Source: Octopus vulgaris (Eukaryota). From it: DNA of 64,000 nucleotides. Positions 41,664-56,129 of the stretch are shown piece by piece. The notes below the pieces were generated by a model. The model did no database searches. It was not told where the DNA came from and saw only the letters and a program-made list of their open reading frames with translations. Each line of letters starts with the position of its first letter. Within the stretch, counting starts at the first letter, position 1. Location: the NCBI GenBank assembly GCA_951406725.2, contig OX597815.1:13640001-13704000 (forward strand), in the 5' to 3' direction. Both the position numbers and the translations under genes were made by a program.

Positions 41664-43494
41664 TGTTGTATCTGGGGAGAGTCAATATATGTAACGGTAC
41701 TATCAGGAGCAGCCGTTACTAGATTTCCTAAGAATGAACAATTGAAACTTTAGATATTACTCAACCGTCTGTTCACATGATCTAGTCTTATGGGGCCCTG
41801 GCAATTGGCTTCACTTGAGCAATCCGTCTTTCTTTTATCAATCTAATCACATGTCTACGTTACTGGAGATGCAATTTCTCAGTACGCAGGAGTAGCTGCT
41901 CAAATAGGAGACCTTCCTACATCTCCAAGCTACGCTCCCAGACCAGAAATGTTACTACAGAGAATGTTCGTAGGAACCCCATTTCTTTTGTATTCGCAAA
42001 TGTACGCTTTCGGTTCACTCCTGAAAGTTCATAGCCGAATTGAAGACTTTATCAATCTCTCCTCTTTTGCAGAATGAATGCTAGAGCTGACGACTCATTA
42101 GTGTTCCAGCATTTGCAATTATAGCATCTAGTTTAGCATCCTTGCCTTCCATCATTCGCCAGTACGTCACCGGTATACTTCAAGTTCTCGACTTGCCTCA
42201 TGTGATCTTCCACTAACTTGCAGAGTGCACTGAGATGAATTTCTTGACATAGCAAATGTCTCAGTCTTTGTACTTGCAGCACTTTGTAGTGGAACCATTC
42301 AGTGAAAGTTAGAAATCCTCCGCAAATATCAGCCAACTGATTTTGTAACCAGTGTCTGTGATACAACTTCCACAAAGACTGTGAATATCAATCCATATTG
42401 TAAACATTATTAAAGGCTCGCGGGGAGGGGTAACACTGCCAAAGTCAAATAACCACGTTGAAATGTTTCAATATGTTATCATTATCTCGAAGGCATCAAG
42501 GTCTTTGAGACTTTGAGGCAACCAGAAGTTGCCCATTAATCGTAGATTGCAACGAATCCCTCTACAGCATGTCCATCATAAGCGGTCATATTGGATTTTC
42601 TAGGTCTGCAAATGTAGGAGTACGTTGTTGGCAATATTCCCAATGTTTCTAGAACTCCTGCTATTGAATGATTATCTTGCCACCGGTCGCGTTGCGTGCA
42701 AGAAGGAAACCACAATATTCTTTACCACGAATTGAGATTAACAGTTTCCCTGTATGCCTACGCTTACATTTCTTTTCTATAGACTTTTCTGAGGAAGCTG
42801 AAGAAGCACCTTTTTCAGAAACTTGGATTGTCACCAAAGATTGGAGTTACTTTGTTACCTTTTCAGAAGTGCACTCACCTGCATGTATAAATCAACTGGA
42901 GAATTTATTCGCTATTTAAGACCTTTGATCACCTCTACGACTTTAGCCTTAATGGAGTTAGTCTTCATGCTGGTACAGGTAGATAATGCACGGTCGGTAG
43001 AATATTAGCTTCTTGTACCAATATCGAAGAATCAAGTCTCTTCCACGCGCTTTTCCATTCTGGAGTATCTGGATCACAGTTGCAAGAGTTTCACCATCGG
43101 TGTTGTATGTCGTGGAGTTAATGCAAGAACAATAATGTTTTCAGATTTCTTCCAGCCACAGAGCATCTTGTGAAACATGTATTGAATAATCCATATTGTT
43201 ATTGCTTTTTCTTTTGTCTTGCTCGGTTTCGTTTAGGTTGTCTTGCTAAACTTTTGTTGAGGACATTTCTTAGTAGTAAGACCATAGTGGAACTATTTCT
43301 AGCATAAGGGTGTCCACATAGTGGTTTCCCTCTAATATGTATATAATACAATTTTACTGAACCTTCAGTTTCTTTTATATGCTAGACTACTGGTGTGAAA
43401 TCGATATCAATTAAATTAATATCCAATTTCTCACCCTCATTTTAAATTTATATATATTCCTTTATACAAATATTTAAATAACGAATATACCTAC

Positions 43495-43556
<62 letters not shown>

Positions 43557-43830
43557 GGCAATAACAAAATGGAAAGCATCAAGGGGTGATATATCAGCTT
43601 TGATCCCCTTTATTTTCATATTGACGTATAAATTAAGGGTAAAACAACTTTTTACCCTCACCCTCACCTATTTATTACATTCAGTAGCGTAATTGCCATG
43701 GCATGCAATGAGGAAACAATTATATATTAATAATTGGTTATTCTACCAGCAGTATATTGGATAGATATTATCCCATACTTGGTTGGATTCACAACCTCTA
43801 ACTCACTTTGAATTATATATGTGAATATAT

Positions 43831-44188
43831 ACTCTTTTACTCTTTTACTTGTTTCAGTCATTTGACTGCGGCCATGCTGGAGCACCACCTTTAATCAGAG
43901 CAACTCGATTATGACGGGGACATAATGACGGGGACATAAACACACCAGCATCGGTTGTCAAGCAATGCTAGGGGGACAAACACAGACACACAGACACACA
44001 CGCACATATATATATACATATATACGACGGGCTTCTTTCAGTTTCCGTCTACCGAATCCACTCGCAAGGCTTTGGTCGGCCCGAGGGTATAGTAGAAGAC
44101 ACTTGCCCAAGGTGCCACGCAGTGGGACTGAACTCGGAACCATGTGGTTGGTAAGCAAGCTACTTACCACACAGCCACTCCTGCGCCT
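43831..44188 (-). mobile_element. SINE family 1 copy with internal deletion and a 14-bp duplication
   Basis: ATGACGGGGACATA occurs twice at the deletion junction. Confidence 0.9.
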
Positions 44189-44221
44189 ATATTTTATATA
44201 TTTTATATTTTATCTAGTTTC

Positions 44222-44438
<217 letters not shown>

Positions 44439-46021
44439 TTTCATTGTTCACATATCCGGCTTTACTTCGAAATATTTTATTTCTCAAGAATTCGCTTACT
44501 CATATTTCACATCATTTCCATTTTGACATTTAAATTACTATTTATAATTCGGTTTGCGTTTTAGTAAATACGTTTGCGAACGCGTCGATAACCCCCTAGG
44601 CTCCCGCATAAAGCGATAAAAAGTTCTCTTAATAAGAACAGGTAGTGCATGATTATAGCGAGGACATTTTACTGAAACAAATGCAGAATTCTTCAATTAT
44701 ACATAGAAAAAGAAAAAAAGTTCATAGAGGAAGCGAAAAGTTGAAAAGATTTTTCTATCGAATTGTAAATGCAATTATGCACTTTGTCAGATCAAAATTT
44801 GCATAAAATATTTCGGTTTTTCCTTTCTTACATAAGATTATTCAATGTCATTACACCATTAAAACTCGCATTTGGAAATTAAAACAATTAATTTCACGAA
44901 AATTTATATTACACGATACAGCGGCATATAAAGATAAAAATTGTAATGACAGTTATATCACTTCTATCTTATGTTGCAAATAGTATAAACTTTAACACCT
45001 TGAATTCGGTGCTCTGTGTCACTTATTTTATATGGTAATTGAGAAAACTCTGAAATTGTGATATTTCTATCCTTATGAAACGTCGCAATAAATTTAGCCA
45101 CTCAAGAATTTGAAAAATACTGAAGCCCACTTATTGTTTTCCTATTGAAATCCAACAAAAAGTTTACCTGATAGGAAAACAGCATTTTCTATGTTAATAT
45201 TATAATTTACATACTTTTCTTATGATGTTTCGGAAGGAGTAAGCCATTGTAGTTTTATTTTCCTCAGAACTTTCTTTGGCCTATAAATATCAATATTTTG
45301 TAATAATATTAGTGACTTATTAACTATTCACAAATCTTACAAGCAGGAACAACATTAAGAATAAGAAAACAATTTTATTTCAAAATAGGAGAAAACGTTC
45401 TTAAATTCAAAATACGAGGATTAAATATTTTAAAATGAATTTTGCATACAATGAAATTTTAGCTCAAAGAAAATACGATATAAATGCTTTAAGGAAAAGC
45501 AAAACTTGAGGATATATTAATTTGGTATTTTACACTACAGGAGAGCATAATCTATAGAGTGAATTGTTCTGGTAGGCTGAATCTTAACTCTCTAAGGTTT
45601 TTGATGGTTTTCCTTGTAGAACGTGATTTAATAGTTAGAAAATTATCGTATTTTAAACCAAAGAAATTGTGAAAAGTAGTACTACAACGGGGTATCAATT
45701 GGAATCGTCACCTGGAAATTATTGCATAGGCATGCCAAAACAAGTCTGAAGCCCACTGCCTAGCACTAAAACTTGAGATACCTGATCACAACCTTAGGAA
45801 GCGGTATTACATATTATAAACTGTGTTGAATGTTTACAATTATTAATTCACTTCATAATGTAAATAAGGTGAATACTACAGTTTTTTTTCAGTTTTCTCG
45901 CTTATCATTTGAAAGTCAAACAACCACAATTCAAAGAGTTAGTTTTGATAGTTAATGACTTAGAACAGTAAGTTTATAATGTGTGCTATAGTATGTATGC
46001 CAAGTCTATTTTCGAACATTG

Positions 46022-46410
46022 TTGGAAGCACTCTGTCGGTTTCGATGATGATGATTCTGGTTGATCCGAATCAACGGAACAGCCTGCCTGCTCATGAAAT
46101 TAACGTGTAAGTGGCTGAGCACTCCACAGACACGTGTACCCTTAACGTAGTTCTCGGGGATATTCAGCGTGACACAGAGAGTGACAAGGCCGGCCCCTTG
46201 AAATACAGGTACAACAGAAACAGGAAGTAAGAGTGAGAGAAAGTTGTGGTGAAAGAGTACAGCAGGGATCACCACCATCCCCTGCCGGAGCCTCGTGGAG
46301 CTTTTAGGTGTTTTCGCTCAATAAACACTCACAACGCCCGGTCTGGGAATCGAAACCGCGATCCTATGACCGCGAGTCCGCTGCCCTAACCACTGGGCCA
46401 TTGCGCCTCC
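46022..46410 (-). mobile_element. tRNA-derived SINE (head B + tail X)
   Basis: Head GGAGGCGCAATGGCCCAGTGGTTAGGGC...GGTTTCGATTCCC is shared with 62138; tail is shared with 5136. 13-bp TSD TTTTCGAACATTG. Confidence 0.9.
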
Positions 46411-48419
46411 TTTTTCGAACATTGAAATTAATACAACTACATACTTTGAAATTACTCGCGCCTGTTTCAATGGCATACTGATCAAGAAAAATGGTTTTAT
46501 GTAAGAAAGGATATGTTGAGATATTTTATTTAATTTTTTATTTAAACGAACTTAAATACAACTAAATTTACAAACCAACATGATGTTGTCGGAGCATAAG
46601 AGGCCTTCCTTTTAATGTTTTTATTCATTGTGCACTTATTTCGTAAGACTTTATATGATTTTTTAATTGAAAACTTGAATATAAAGAATTTAAGATGGTT
46701 TCTTTTCCTTTTTCTTTCATATAATTCGGCACAGTGAAGACAGAAAACACATCTACAGTTTTAGATTTGAAATGTGTCAGACACGAACAATGGGAGTCGT
46801 GTAGCCTCTGAAATATAAATGATAATGGTTGGATTTCTGTGCCATCGACATGATATCTGATTTATTTTATGTTATATTTTACTAAACATAGCTCTAAGTA
46901 GTGTGCTGCGTTCAACGTATTCATTCTACCGTTAATCGTATTAAGTTCAAAGCAACAACAATAAAAAAAGTGTTGATTCAAATTACAACACAAGCCTTAG
47001 TAATTTTCAGAGATAACAAAATATTGAACATAATATTTTAACACTTACTACGTCAGCTAAACTTACGCCATATGTTCATTACAACACACGCAAAAAGAGA
47101 AGATACAATTACAATACAAAAATATTAATATATGTGCGTAAATATGTGTGAGTACATATATAAAATATATACAAAATATGTTGTGTGTGTGTCTGTGTGT
47201 TTGTGTGTGTGTGTGCGTGTGTAAGAATATCAGCAACGGCTGGGACTCCGGCAACGACAACAACGACGCTGAGTTAACGCTGAGTAAACGAAACAAAAGT
47301 TGGTGTGGCTACCATATCCGAAACACAGACACGGAAATGTGTCGGTTAAACTGCGCCCCCATTTGAGCAAGGTCTGAACAATATTAAGCCCTCTTTTCGT
47401 TATCGGATTGGAGCAACATAACCCTAACACCACATGTCTCGCCAGCCGCGAATGTCGCCTAAATGAGGCTTGAACTCCCTAGATAATTAAATAGAAGCTC
47501 CTTAAGAAACCAGGGCTTTTATAAATCGGAAAAACGATCTAAGCTTTGCTTGGCGGATATGACAAGAATGCTTAAAATCTCGCTCGAACAAGGGAACGTT
47601 TTAAAGTCCAAGAATGAAATATTAAGACCATGCCTACATCTAAAGCTATTTTGACTTCACTCTTGGAATTTCCCATTCATTGAAAAGTTCTATCAAAATT
47701 CCTTCGCATATCAGTATGACCGATGTAATAGGGAACACAGCCCCGCCCGCTGCGCAGACAAGTATGTTTTTGCGTACAAAACCAACTGACTGCTACGTTT
47801 TTCTTCTTCCGGTTTCGCCAAATTTGTTAAGAGTTTTATACGCGAGAAATAATGGTTACTCTATGGCCGGCTATAATTTTAACGTCGTAAACAATACATT
47901 ACTGCTATAGAGCTTGCTTCTTTTTCAGACATATGAACGATTGATGATATAAATATACATGAAAGAAGGTTTGAAAATTCAATTTTAAATATGTTTATTC
48001 ACTTGACCGATTTTCCTTTTTTTAGAAAAAGATTGTCAAAAGTAAAAGGTAAAGCTTTATATGAGCTATTTATAAGTATTGGTTATCTCAAAAGTATTAA
48101 AATACAGATATACATTCTTTGATAATAATAAGAAAATGTTTAAAACAGTTTACCACATAGTATTTAAGAAAGTCATCAGAATAGGACTCCAAAAAGTATT
48201 TTGAGTTCAATAATAAAATCATGTTTGTTTGGTAGTATATATATATACACAGAAGGAGATATATTTAAGAATTTACAAAAATTGTAGAGGAATAACTGAC
48301 TTGTCTTTCTGACATTTTCTCTTGTGTGTAGCTAATCTTTAAAGTTACATCGTTAAACCGTCTTTCATGTATATTTCCACTTGTGCAGTACCTTACAACT
48401 TTACTTTGTTATATATTTA

Positions 48420-48754
48420 TATATATTATTGTGTGTATATTCGTTTTGCAAGATTATTGATATGAATTCGTGTGTTGAAATAGGTATTGTTGTATTTGGG
48501 GATAGTTATGTTGCCAGTTTAGCCAATGGAAACACGTTCTATATATTTGGTGTTCACTTGCTTAGGCTTTATTTCACAGTAATTGTATTTCGGTCAGAGT
48601 TCTTTCGTCACACTTCTGTAACCTCATACAGTGCGACGAAAGAATTCTGACCGCCCAAATACAATTAATATGAAATAAACCTGAAGCAAGTGAGCACCAG
48701 ATATATAGTGCGCATTTTTATTGGCTAAAGTGGCAATATTACCATCCCCAAATT

Positions 48755-48757
<3 letters not shown>
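48420..48757. mobile_element. Diverged Penelope-like foldback unit centred on a hammerhead
   Basis: Imperfect arms at 48490-48614 and 48630-48757 with a 15-nt spacer. Arm sequence is homologous to the PLE 3' end at 56880-57040. Confidence 0.8.
48595..48633 (-). ncRNA. Degenerate hammerhead (CUGUAUGA)
   Basis: CA-CTGTATGA-g-GTTAC(agaagt)GTGAC-GAAA-GAAC-TC-TG. Confidence 0.6.
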
Positions 48758-48797
<40 letters not shown>

Positions 48798-48888
48798 CAT
48801 ACACACACACACACATATATATATATATAGAGAGAGAGAGAGAAAAGAGAGAGAAGGAGAGAGAGGAGATAGATAGATAAATATATAT

Positions 48889-48965
<77 letters not shown>

Positions 48966-49239
48966 CAGGTAAAGAAAGACAGATCGGGAGTTTTCATGCA
49001 AGGGAGAATGGAATGAGAGCTAAGTTATAAATTTCCATCTGTTCTCGGAAATCTCGCATCTTGAGTTATTTATATAGGTTTGAACCTGAAGAATTTGCTA
49101 TAATTCTATATCTATCTCTCTATCTATCTATTTCTCTCTTTACCTATCCGTGTATCTGTATATAGACGTGTGCTTGTGTGAGCGTGAGTGTGTGCGGAAG
49201 TGTGTGTAGGTGAATGTGTGTGGTTGCATTTATTTGCTA

Positions 49240-49308
<69 letters not shown>

Positions 49309-49326
49309 GTATACACAAACATACTT

Positions 49327-49384
<58 letters not shown>

Positions 49385-49386
49385 GC

Positions 49387-49431
<45 letters not shown>

Positions 49432-49532
49432 TATATATGGATACACAAACATACTTACATACATATATATATATAACGAGGTTTTTCACGCTGACTACTG
49501 ATAATTTCTTTTAAAGATTTTATCCTCAATTG

Positions 49533-49570
<38 letters not shown>

Positions 49571-51127
49571 TGTGTGTCTGTGTGTGTATGTGTGTGTATA
49601 GAAATTTGGCGTCTGAGTGATATATCTTTGAAATTATAATAAATTGTGTATATATATTATATTTTGACAATTGCTGACAAATAATGACAATACAATATGA
49701 GTCTTCGCTATATTTTTTTAGATTCATATCTATTATTCCAGTCAAAGTTTAACATCTGAATAGCAAACCATAGTTCTAAAATGATTAATGTTTTGTCGCT
49801 GTCTCAGTCTCTCTTTCTCGCAGAAACACATATACATGCAGTATATATGAGACCCATGTCTATATCATATATTGTCTGCGATAATATAATTAGATTCTTC
49901 ATTTGAATAATGCCACAATCCAGTTATGAACTTTATGAGCGCAATGGTTTATTTAGAAATCAAATATATTTTTACGTAACGACTTATATCAACGGCGATC
50001 ACCAGGCTGTATGACCCCTGAGTAATATTAAAGGACGAAAACCAGCTGTTATTCGTCTACAAGCTGGCAGGTGGTGTATCCCACATTGTATAAATATACA
50101 AAACACTAATATAACGGATTATGGACTCATACACAGAGAGGCTCCGTTCATTTTGTTTCGTTTGTTTGATCCCCATGCTAACTTAACCGCTTCTTGACTC
50201 TGGAATATTTCGATCACATCTACTTTTGACTCAGAAAGACATTTTTCTCCCAGTAGACTTACAATAGTATTTATATTGTATGATCATTGCTTAATTTGAG
50301 GGTGTGATGAGTTGTTATTTTCCGCGAGTAAAGTGATAGACAAGGTGCTCCCAAATGGAATAATATAAATGTTTCTAGCTAAAGTAGTATATTTCAAACT
50401 AAAGTTTTGATTGCTTGGGGTGGATGCCATGAAATTGGTCACAGTACAAAAATGTTACTTTAAATTAGAAACCATAAAAGGACGAAAGGCAAAACTCTCC
50501 ACGCCACGATTTAAGTGTACACCACAAAGAACTCTGATTAAATGCCATCTTTTTACGCCCCAAGGAAATTTTGCATTCCATCATATAACGCTGTATATTT
50601 GTATATCACAATTATGATGTATAGTGTACATGTTATAATAAAAATACTAAAATATTTTCCTACACTATAAATGCTACCAGGTAATTTGAAGACCACCTTA
50701 ATTTATTCGGCACAAACCATGAACATCAACACAAATAAAATGCTAACCACTAGATATTTTACTAACAAATATTCAACAGAAAGATGCGTGGTTGTGTAAT
50801 AGCACAAGCAACGTCTGTAGCATTGAAAGTAGTTTAGAATAGAATTATCCAGTTTAAGTAATACATTTCGCTATAATAAATCTCTCAAATTGTAAGTATA
50901 TAAAGAGTAGCTGAGAGAGACTATTTTACGAAGTATAGTATTAAGATTTCAATATATGCGAGATAGTGAAGCAAATTACAAAGCATTTATGTATTATTTG
51001 TGTGAATGTGTATATGAGTTTGTGTAAAAATATACACACCTATGTAAACGTTCTTACTTATATGCAGTTAGGTAAATATATATATATATATATATATGTA
51101 TGTATATATTTATATATATATATATAT

Positions 51128-51194
<67 letters not shown>

Positions 51195-51252
51195 TATGCA
51201 TGTGTGTGTGTGTGTATACACGCACACACATGTACACACGCCGAAAGCGATA

Positions 51253-51305
<53 letters not shown>

Positions 51306-51490
51306 CATATGTATATATATATTCGGCGAAGAAAATGGCAACTCCAGCAAGCGTGCTTTTTGAGGGTGGTGATAGTTGGACAGCCTGTGGGACAAAAAGT
51401 ATGACCTTCAAAGTGCGCTAGAATTCGTGTAGTCAACGGCCATTCAACAACATGTTTGTGGACACGTGTGTGTGTGTGTGTATGCGTGTG

Positions 51491-51530
<40 letters not shown>

Positions 51531-51649
51531 AGATACTGTATTTCAAACTGTAAGTGTGTATAATGTATATATTGTGTTAAATTTTATATATTGTATCTCA
51601 ACTTTTAATAAGTCTTATTTTGTTTTACTATTTTCTTTGTATCATAAAT

Positions 51650-54600
51650 AGATTAGGGGTGGATGGGGCTCCTTTGTTTACCCAAGTCGTGGCGAAGGCA
51701 GACTATCTAGGACAAGGTAACTCTAAATGTAAATACTTCACTGCTGCCTTCTAGCTAGCCTTTGATTAGGCAAAGACGAGGAGCTCATTCTGATATAAAG
51801 CCAGCGACTGAAAACGCGCCCAATGATGTGGACTTGCTCTTGTTTTTGGATCATGCTTTGTAGTTTAGAGAGTGGGAATGGTTTCTGTACAAAAGTTATC
51901 CGCACTTTAAAAATCATGAAGCACAGGTATTGCTGTTGAGGAAAACGAAATGATCGTCTTGTAAAACGAAATGGTCGAAGCCTTAAAAACGCACATCTAA
52001 ACAATAAAAGTTGATATTGATACTGAAGCAAATAGCAAAAAGGAACGGCAACAGTTAGTTCTGTGGCTTGGCTCAGCAGGTGTAACAGGGAAAAACAACC
52101 TGGATCCGTTTGTCATCCTACAACTGTGATTAAATTTGGGTTTAGATGTAAGGCTATGAATATAGGATGTTGGAATGTTTATTAGACTTTATTAGATAAT
52201 GATTGTCTGAATGTTGGTCCAAAGAGAAGATACGCGCTTGTCGCGAAAGAGTTACAGCGACATGATATGGATGTTGTAGCATTAGCCGAAACAGGAATTC
52301 ATACAAAAAAAAAAAATTGTAGAAAGATCTGCAGGATATCATTTATTTCGGAACGCTTGAGAAGAGATCTATAAGCGACAATCACGAGTGGATGTTGCAA
52401 TCAAAACCACTCTGGTTAAAATACTTGAGGAACTGCCATATGGTCATTCTGATTGTTTGATGTCTTTAATTTTTCCGTTAAAAAATGTTTCTATGCAACT
52501 CTTATACGTACATATGCTCCAACTATGAATTCATCATATGATGATAAACTTGCTTTCTAACTATCACTTACAGAGATTGTATGCAGTATCCCTCTTGATG
52601 ACAGAGTTGTCAATTTAAGTGATTTTAATGCTCACGTTGGTGAAAATTTGGAGACCTGGGGCGGCTTAAGAAGGCATTAGATGGGGAGTTCCAACAGTAA
52701 TGGTTTACTACTATTAAAAATGTGCGTAAATATTTATTTGTGTCTCAAGAACACAATGTTTCAACTAAAAAATAAGTATAAAATTTTGTGAATGCACACT
52801 TTGTTTCTAAGAAATGGTATATTATAGATTACATTCTTACTAGGACACGAGATACTAGATACTTTGCTATTGTACGTATGATGCGTAATGTAGAGTGCTG
52901 GCCCGACTATAGGCTTTTGTTTGCTAAGGTGCATTTTTTTGTAAACCCTAAGGTTAGAGAAAATAATGACAAGTTACTCAAACGGAATGATGTCAATAAA
53001 CTTAAGATAATATCAGTGCACAATGAGTTTGTGAGTGAGATAAATAATTTGTCCTATGATATAAGTTGGAAATCATTCTAAGAAAGAGTATATGAGGTTT
53101 GCTGTAAAAAAGCACCAAGATTGGTTTGACGATAATGATTGAGAAGTAAGTCCCATCTTAGAGGAAACGCGAAAGGCATTTAACATGTTGCAAAGTGTTG
53201 TCATGAAACGAACCGGAGAGTGGCTACACATTTCAAGGCAGTAAAAGCAAAAGTGCAGAGGAAGATGGAAAATTGGTTGAGTGATATATGCGACGAAATG
53301 CACGAAGCCTCAAATACTAACAATTCCAAAGTTTTTTTTTTTACTTTCTCTTGTAAAACGTTTGTGGACCAGCTTCGTCAACGTTTGTGTCACTTCGGAG
53401 CAAGGATGGCGCAGAATTATCAATAAATTCTAAAGACATTGTTGGGAGATGAAAACAGTATTTTGATGAGTTGCTGATAAGACCCACTTAATTTTACCTC
53501 TCTTTTCTTGATAACATAACTTGGAGGCCAAGAGAACATCTTTTATCAGACATTCCAAACCTGGCTGAAATAAAAGCGGCAATCAGGAAATTGGACAATG
53601 GAAAGAACCCTGGTATGGATGGACTAGATTCAGAGATATATAATTATAGTGGTGATCATCTCTGTACAATATCCACAGATACGATTCAGAGAGTTTGACA
53701 TAGTGACGATCTTCCTCCGGATTGGCGTGATGCAACAATGTAGATACTGTATAAATGAAAATGTGGAAATAAAAGCGGCAATCAGGAAATTGGACAATGG
53801 AAAGAAGCCTGGTATGGATGGACTAGATTCAGAGATATATAATTATAGTGGTGATCATCTCTGTACAATATCCACAGATACGATTCAGAGAGTTTGACAT
53901 AGTGACGATCTTCCTCCGGATTGGCGTGATGCAACAATGTAGATACTGTATAAATGAAAATGTGGAAATAAAAGCGGCAATCAGGAAATTGGACAATGGA
54001 AAGAAGCCTGGTATGGATGGACTAGATTCAGAGATATATAATTATAGTGGTGATCATCTCTGTACAATATCCACAGATACGATTCAGAGAGTTTGACATA
54101 GTGACGATCTTCCTCCGGATTGGCGTGATGCAACAATGTAGATACTGTATAAATGAAAATGTGGAAATAAAAGCGGCAATCAGGAAATTGGACAATGGAA
54201 AGAAGCCTGGTATGGATGGACTAGATTCAGAGATATATAATTATAGTGGTGATCATCTCTGTACAATATCCACAGATACGATTCAGAGAGTTTGACATAG
54301 TGACGATCTTCCTCCGGATTGGCGTGATGCAACAATGTAGATACTGTATAAATGAAAAGGTGGAAAGGATGCCTGTAAAAATTATGGCGGCATCTGTCTG
54401 TTAGCTGTTGCTGGAGAGGTCCTTTGTAGGGTAATGCTGGACAGATTGCTTCTGCGCATTACTGTTGAAGTTCTACCAAAATTGCAATGTGGGTTTAAGG
54501 ATAGTAGGGGTGCTATGGATATAATATTTTCAGCCAGACAGCTGCAAGAGAAGGGCATCGAACATCATATCGACTTATAGCAGGTTTTCATTGTTCTAAC

Positions 54601-56043
54601 GAAAGCGTTTGATTCTGTCAATAGAGTTGCACTTAGGAAGATCCCGAAAACGCTTGGATGCCCTGAAAAACTTGTGAGAAGGCTTAGACAAATTCATGAC
54701 AAGATGGAAGTGAAAGTCGATTTTGGAATTATCTTATCATAGCCAATTTCTTTACAATATGGTGCAAAACAAGGAGATATTTCTGCTCCTACTACACTGT
54801 TTGCTATGTATTTTGCAGTAGTCGTTCAAGTAGTTTTTGAAGATTGCATTGGAGAGGATCTATATAAGATATAGGACAACGAAAAAAAACTGTTCAGTCC
54901 TAAAAGACTCTATGCTAAAACGAAAGTTCAACACTCCAACCTCACTAAGTTTCTGTATGCAGATGATTGAGTCCTGATTGCACATTCGCAGAAAGATATG
55001 CATCGCAAGCTGAATGCGATTTCTGCAGCATGTGCAGCATTGGGTCTAACGATGAATCTGAAAAATGTACCAGACTGCTCCCTCCAAGATGTATGTGGAC
55101 CCTTTTATAAATATGAATGTTCAAATGTTGGAGACTGTGTCTAGATTCATTTATTTAGCACGTAAATTGAGCCCAGCTGGCCTTGATGATGAAGTTTCAT
55201 ATAGAATCAGCATGGCTAGTAATGATTTTGTTAGGCTTGATATGTGTCTGTGGACACGACATAATATATTTTCACAAATTAAAGTTAAGGTATATAACAT
55301 GTGCGTCCCACAATCTTTGCTATGTGGAAATGAGGCATGGATTATTTAGCTTAGGTATGTAAGGCAACTAAATCGATACCATCTATAATGAGAAAAATTT
55401 GGTGGCTAACGTGGAAATAGTCATTAGTAATGTGAAGGTGGTTGAGAGGATTGGCAGTAGTATTATAAAGTTAATGATCCTGAAAAGACTTTTCAGGTGG
55501 AGCGGGACATATGGTAAGGATAAGCGATAAGAGACTGCCCAAGCAACTACTGTATGGTGATCTGGAAGACGGCAGGAGACCAGCGCTTAAACCTAAACTA
55601 AGGTTTAAGGATTGCCTTTAAAATGCTCTCATATAGACAGGAATTGGCAGTTGGTTATTTGGGAGAGAGAGGCAGAAGACCGGGATGGATCGTGGAAGAC
55701 AGTGCCTAGTGGTTGTTTGAAGAGAAAGAAGTGTTAGAGAAGTAAGAGGGGGCTTAGAAGGAAGGAAACTGTGGAGAGTGAGGGAGTGTTGATTTGTGGG
55801 ACTGTTTGGGTTTTTGGGGAGGAGTTATTTGAGTCGTGAAGGTCTGGTTAGCCATCAAAAATCTCACAGGAATCGGCCGATGATAAACGGTGATGTGGTT
55901 ATTAGAATTCACAACAGAATTTGTGCAAAATGTGGAATGGTAAGCCTCTCAGTTGGAGGTATGAAAAGACGTTAAGAGAGTGCAAATTGTGGCACCTATT
56001 TCTCCTGCCGGCCAGGACAGTTGGCTTAACAGTCAAATAAGAG
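51650..56043 (+). mobile_element. Near full-length decayed RTE-clade LINE (APE endonuclease, RT, C-terminal C2H2-like fingers)
   Basis: MNIGCWNV, VALAETG, TYAPT, DFNAHVG, IDYIL; EIKAAIRKL..GK.PG.DG, QCGF...RGAMDIIF.ARQLQEK, LTKAFDSVNR, GAKQGD, FLYADD; RLPKQLLYGDL..G.R...KPKLRFKD. Many stops and frameshifts. Confidence 0.93.
53567..54362 (+). repeat. 199-bp tandem repeat x4 inside the RTE LINE
   Basis: Units start at 53567, 53766, 53965 and 54164; I saw only two differences among them. Confidence 0.95.
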
Positions 56044-56129
56044 CATCACATGGCATCAATAATGACTCATTTCGGTAAGACATTTTGGCAATGGCTTTTC
56101 TCGTACACACACATACACACACATTATAA

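Noticed and set aside
50005-50060. CTGTATGA...GACGAAA hammerhead-like string
   Set aside because: Stems I and II do not pair.
51650-51800. HDV-like ribozyme at the RTE 5' end
   Set aside because: Known for some RTE elements, but I could not build the double pseudoknot by eye.
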